From assembly GCA_029933705.1 (NCBI GenBank), contig JAOZNQ010000001.1, positions 1 to 54,992 on the forward strand: DNA of 54,992 nucleotides. Reading direction: 5' to 3'. Position numbers and translations under genes: made by a program. The stretch's first letter is position 1. Each line of letters starts with the position of its first letter. Below the pieces are notes generated by a model. That model did not search any database and was not told where the DNA came from. It saw nothing but the letters and a program-made list of their open reading frames with translations. Of the stretch, positions 53,384 to 54,992 are shown in pieces. This DNA is from a bacterium. GTDB lineage: Bacteria > Hydrothermota > Tepidihabitantia > SM23-42.

Positions 53384-54992
53384 CTACTCGATTGCCCCGA
53401 TCTTCTCAAGGTCGGCAAGCCTTGCCGATATTACCTTGCTCTGCCCGGGCTTTTCCATAGTGAGGCCGTAGAGATAGTCTGCATACTCCATTGTCGCACG
53501 ATTATGGGTGATGATAATCACCTGGGTCCGCTGGGAAAGGTCACGCAGGAATTTGTTGAAGCGAACGACATTGGCGTCATCGAGCGGTGCATCGATTTCA
53601 TCGAGGATACAGAAGGGTGCTGGTTTAACTAAATAGAATGCCAGAAGCAGGCTAATCGCCAAAAGGGTTCTTTCACCCCCGGATAGCTGATTTATCGTTT
53701 TCAGCCTCTTCCCCCTCATCCGAACTACAATCTCAATCTTACTCTGAAGCGTATTTTCCGGATTGGTCAGAATCAAGTCGGCCTGACCCCCCTCAAAGAA
53801 GTTTGCAAAGACAAAGTTGAACTCCTTTTTCACCTGTTCAAAGATTGTCAGAAACCTTTCCTGGGCTCTTTGGTCCAATTCTTCAATCGTCTTTATCAGA
53901 TTTTTCTTCGCTGCAATTATATCATTGCGCTGGTTGAGATAATCATCGAGCCGCCCCTTCTCGTCTTCATAGGCCTGGAGGGCAAGAGGATTAATCTCAC
54001 CCAGCCTTTCCAGTTTCTCCTTTACGGTTGTCAGCCTTTCTCCGGCATTCTCAAATACCTGCTCAGGGGTGTAGTCCCTGAGTTCAACCTGAAATTCCTC
54101 TCGGGCCTTTCTGATATACTCTTTCTGTCTATGCTGGAGCTGGAAGAGGCGATATTTTAGTTCCAGAAGTTGATTATTTACCTCTTCATACTCTTTCTGT
54201 TTCTGGGTGAGTCGATCATAGAGTATCTCCTGCTGCTGGGTATAGGAACGCAGTTTCTCTTCAGGTAATCTTGATTCGTAGGCGAGCCGTTGTGAATTTT
54301 TGGCATCGAGTTCCTTTTGGAGGATATCGATGCGCATATTCAACTCGTGTAACTCCTGGTTATCAGCGGCTCTCTCAAGCTGTTCAATCTCATTGACCAT
54401 TGTTTGAATCTCATCCCGAAGCCGATCTTCGGTTCGTCGTAAATTCTCCCTCCGTTCTCTCAGGATCGCCATTTCTGTTACCAATTCATTTATTCGATTG
54501 TTCTCTTCTTCAATTGCTGATTTCAATTCTTCAAGTTCTTTTGAATCCCGGTCGATTTCTTCCCGGAGGGTGGTGAGGGTTGTTTGATTGTTATTAATCG
54601 CTTCTTCATTCTTCTGGCAGTTCGACCGGAGTCTTTCAATTTCACGGGTGAGTTGTTCAATCTCATTTTTCAACTCTTTGAGTTCTTTACTGCTCCTTTC
54701 GACTGTTCTGTCGACCTCCGCGATTCTCAATGAATATTCAGATTTCTTTATATTGAGAGAGAAGAGTTCTTCCTTCTTTTTTTCAATTTCAGTTTTTGCC
54801 TCTTCGGCCTCTTTTTCCAGCCGATCCCTTTCCTGGGTTAGAAATAGTATCTCATTTTTCAGTGATTCAAATCTCCTCTGTTGTTCTTCAAGACTCTGGG
54901 TTATTCGAAAATATCCGACATCACCCTTTTCAACGATTACGGTTCCCCGACGAAAGAGGAGTGCCTCGGGTGTGACAAAACCGAGTTGGGGT
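53384..54992 (-). CDS. smc: Chromosome segregation protein SMC, C-terminal part; N-terminus off the right window edge
   Basis: C-terminal ABC signature QLSGGERTLLAISLLLAF and Walker B FCILDEIDAPLDDANV. The track M at 54730 is an internal TTG. My translation stays open upstream to the window end (...PQLGFVTPEALLFRRGTVIVEKGDVGYFRITQSLEEQQRRFESLKNEILFL...), which is the end of the hinge plus coiled coil. Confidence 0.9.
   Translation of the reverse strand, partial: PQLGFVTPEALLFRRGTVIVEKGDVGYFRITQSLEEQQRRFESLKNEILFLTQERDRLEKEAEEAKTEIEKKKEELFSLNIKKSEYSLRIAEVDRTVERSSKELKELKNEIEQLTREIERLRSNCQKNEEAINNNQTTLTTLREEIDRDSKELEELKSAIEEENNRINELVTEMAILRERRENLRRTEDRLRDEIQTMVNEIEQLERAADNQELHELNMRIDILQKELDAKNSQRLAYESRLPEEKLRSYTQQQEILYDRLTQKQKEYEEVNNQLLELKYRLFQLQHRQKEYIRKAREEFQVELRDYTPEQVFENAGERLTTVKEKLERLGEINPLALQAYEDEKGRLDDYLNQRNDIIAAKKNLIKTIEELDQRAQERFLTIFEQVKKEFNFVFANFFEGGQADLILTNPENTLQSKIEIVVRMRGKRLKTINQLSGGERTLLAISLLLAFYLVKPAPFCILDEIDAPLDDANVVRFNKFLRDLSQRTQVIIITHNRATMEYADYLYGLTMEKPGQSKVISARLADLEKIGAIE

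Noticed and set aside
1-54992. CRISPR arrays, tRNA/rRNA genes, transposases, integrases, prophage or defence-island content
   Set aside because: Every intergenic gap is under about 175 nt and is accounted for by promoters or leaders. No spaced direct-repeat arrays or mobile-element genes were seen by eye. A tRNAscan or Infernal run would be needed for certainty.

Overview
This 55-kb window comes from a moderate-GC, Gram-negative-type bacterium. It encodes type IX secretion (T9SS) cargo, so it probably belongs to an FCB-like or candidate phylum. All calls rest on my own reading of the sequence and the ORF track; I ran no database searches. The window is gene-dense, with about 43 CDS. I saw no rRNA, tRNA, CRISPR array, transposase or integrase.

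Gene content:
- Most genes are housekeeping: yggS, holB, hflX, rsmI, rho-rpmE-prfB, class II RNR, gatCAB, purA, alr, ppdK, ftsY and smc.
- Envelope genes are interleaved with them: SpoIID, NlpC/P60 and M23 hydrolases, a PorV-like barrel, two GWxTD-like proteins, and a roughly 2000-aa subtilase-like T9SS cargo protein.

Main observations:
1. Almost every operon-leading gene sits directly behind a near-consensus sigma70 promoter. The pattern is TTGACA-N16-TATAAT, and the -10 box lies only 3-9 nt from the start codon. That geometry implies leaderless or near-leaderless mRNAs. It also relocates several start codons relative to the ORF track.
2. A tightly coupled six-gene operon of unknown function spans 37191-45845. 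It encodes a LysM protein, a stand-alone cNMP-binding domain, a small membrane protein, a 1241-aa TPR protein, an 875-aa Cys-cluster/segmented coiled-coil/TPR protein and a small charged protein. A compositionally related divergent gene pair lies at 7818-10190.
3. The giant subtilase-like cargo has an apparent Asp-to-Ala change at the catalytic Asp motif. It also has a threefold two-domain super-repeat, and a tandem 99-aa repeat whose 115-nt core is nearly identical at the DNA level.
4. prfB carries the canonical programmed +1 frameshift.
5. A COG2403 / cyclic-2,3-diphosphoglycerate-synthetase-like P-loop gene overlaps ppdK.
6. Direct repeats that may act as an operator lie in front of an arsR-MFS pair.
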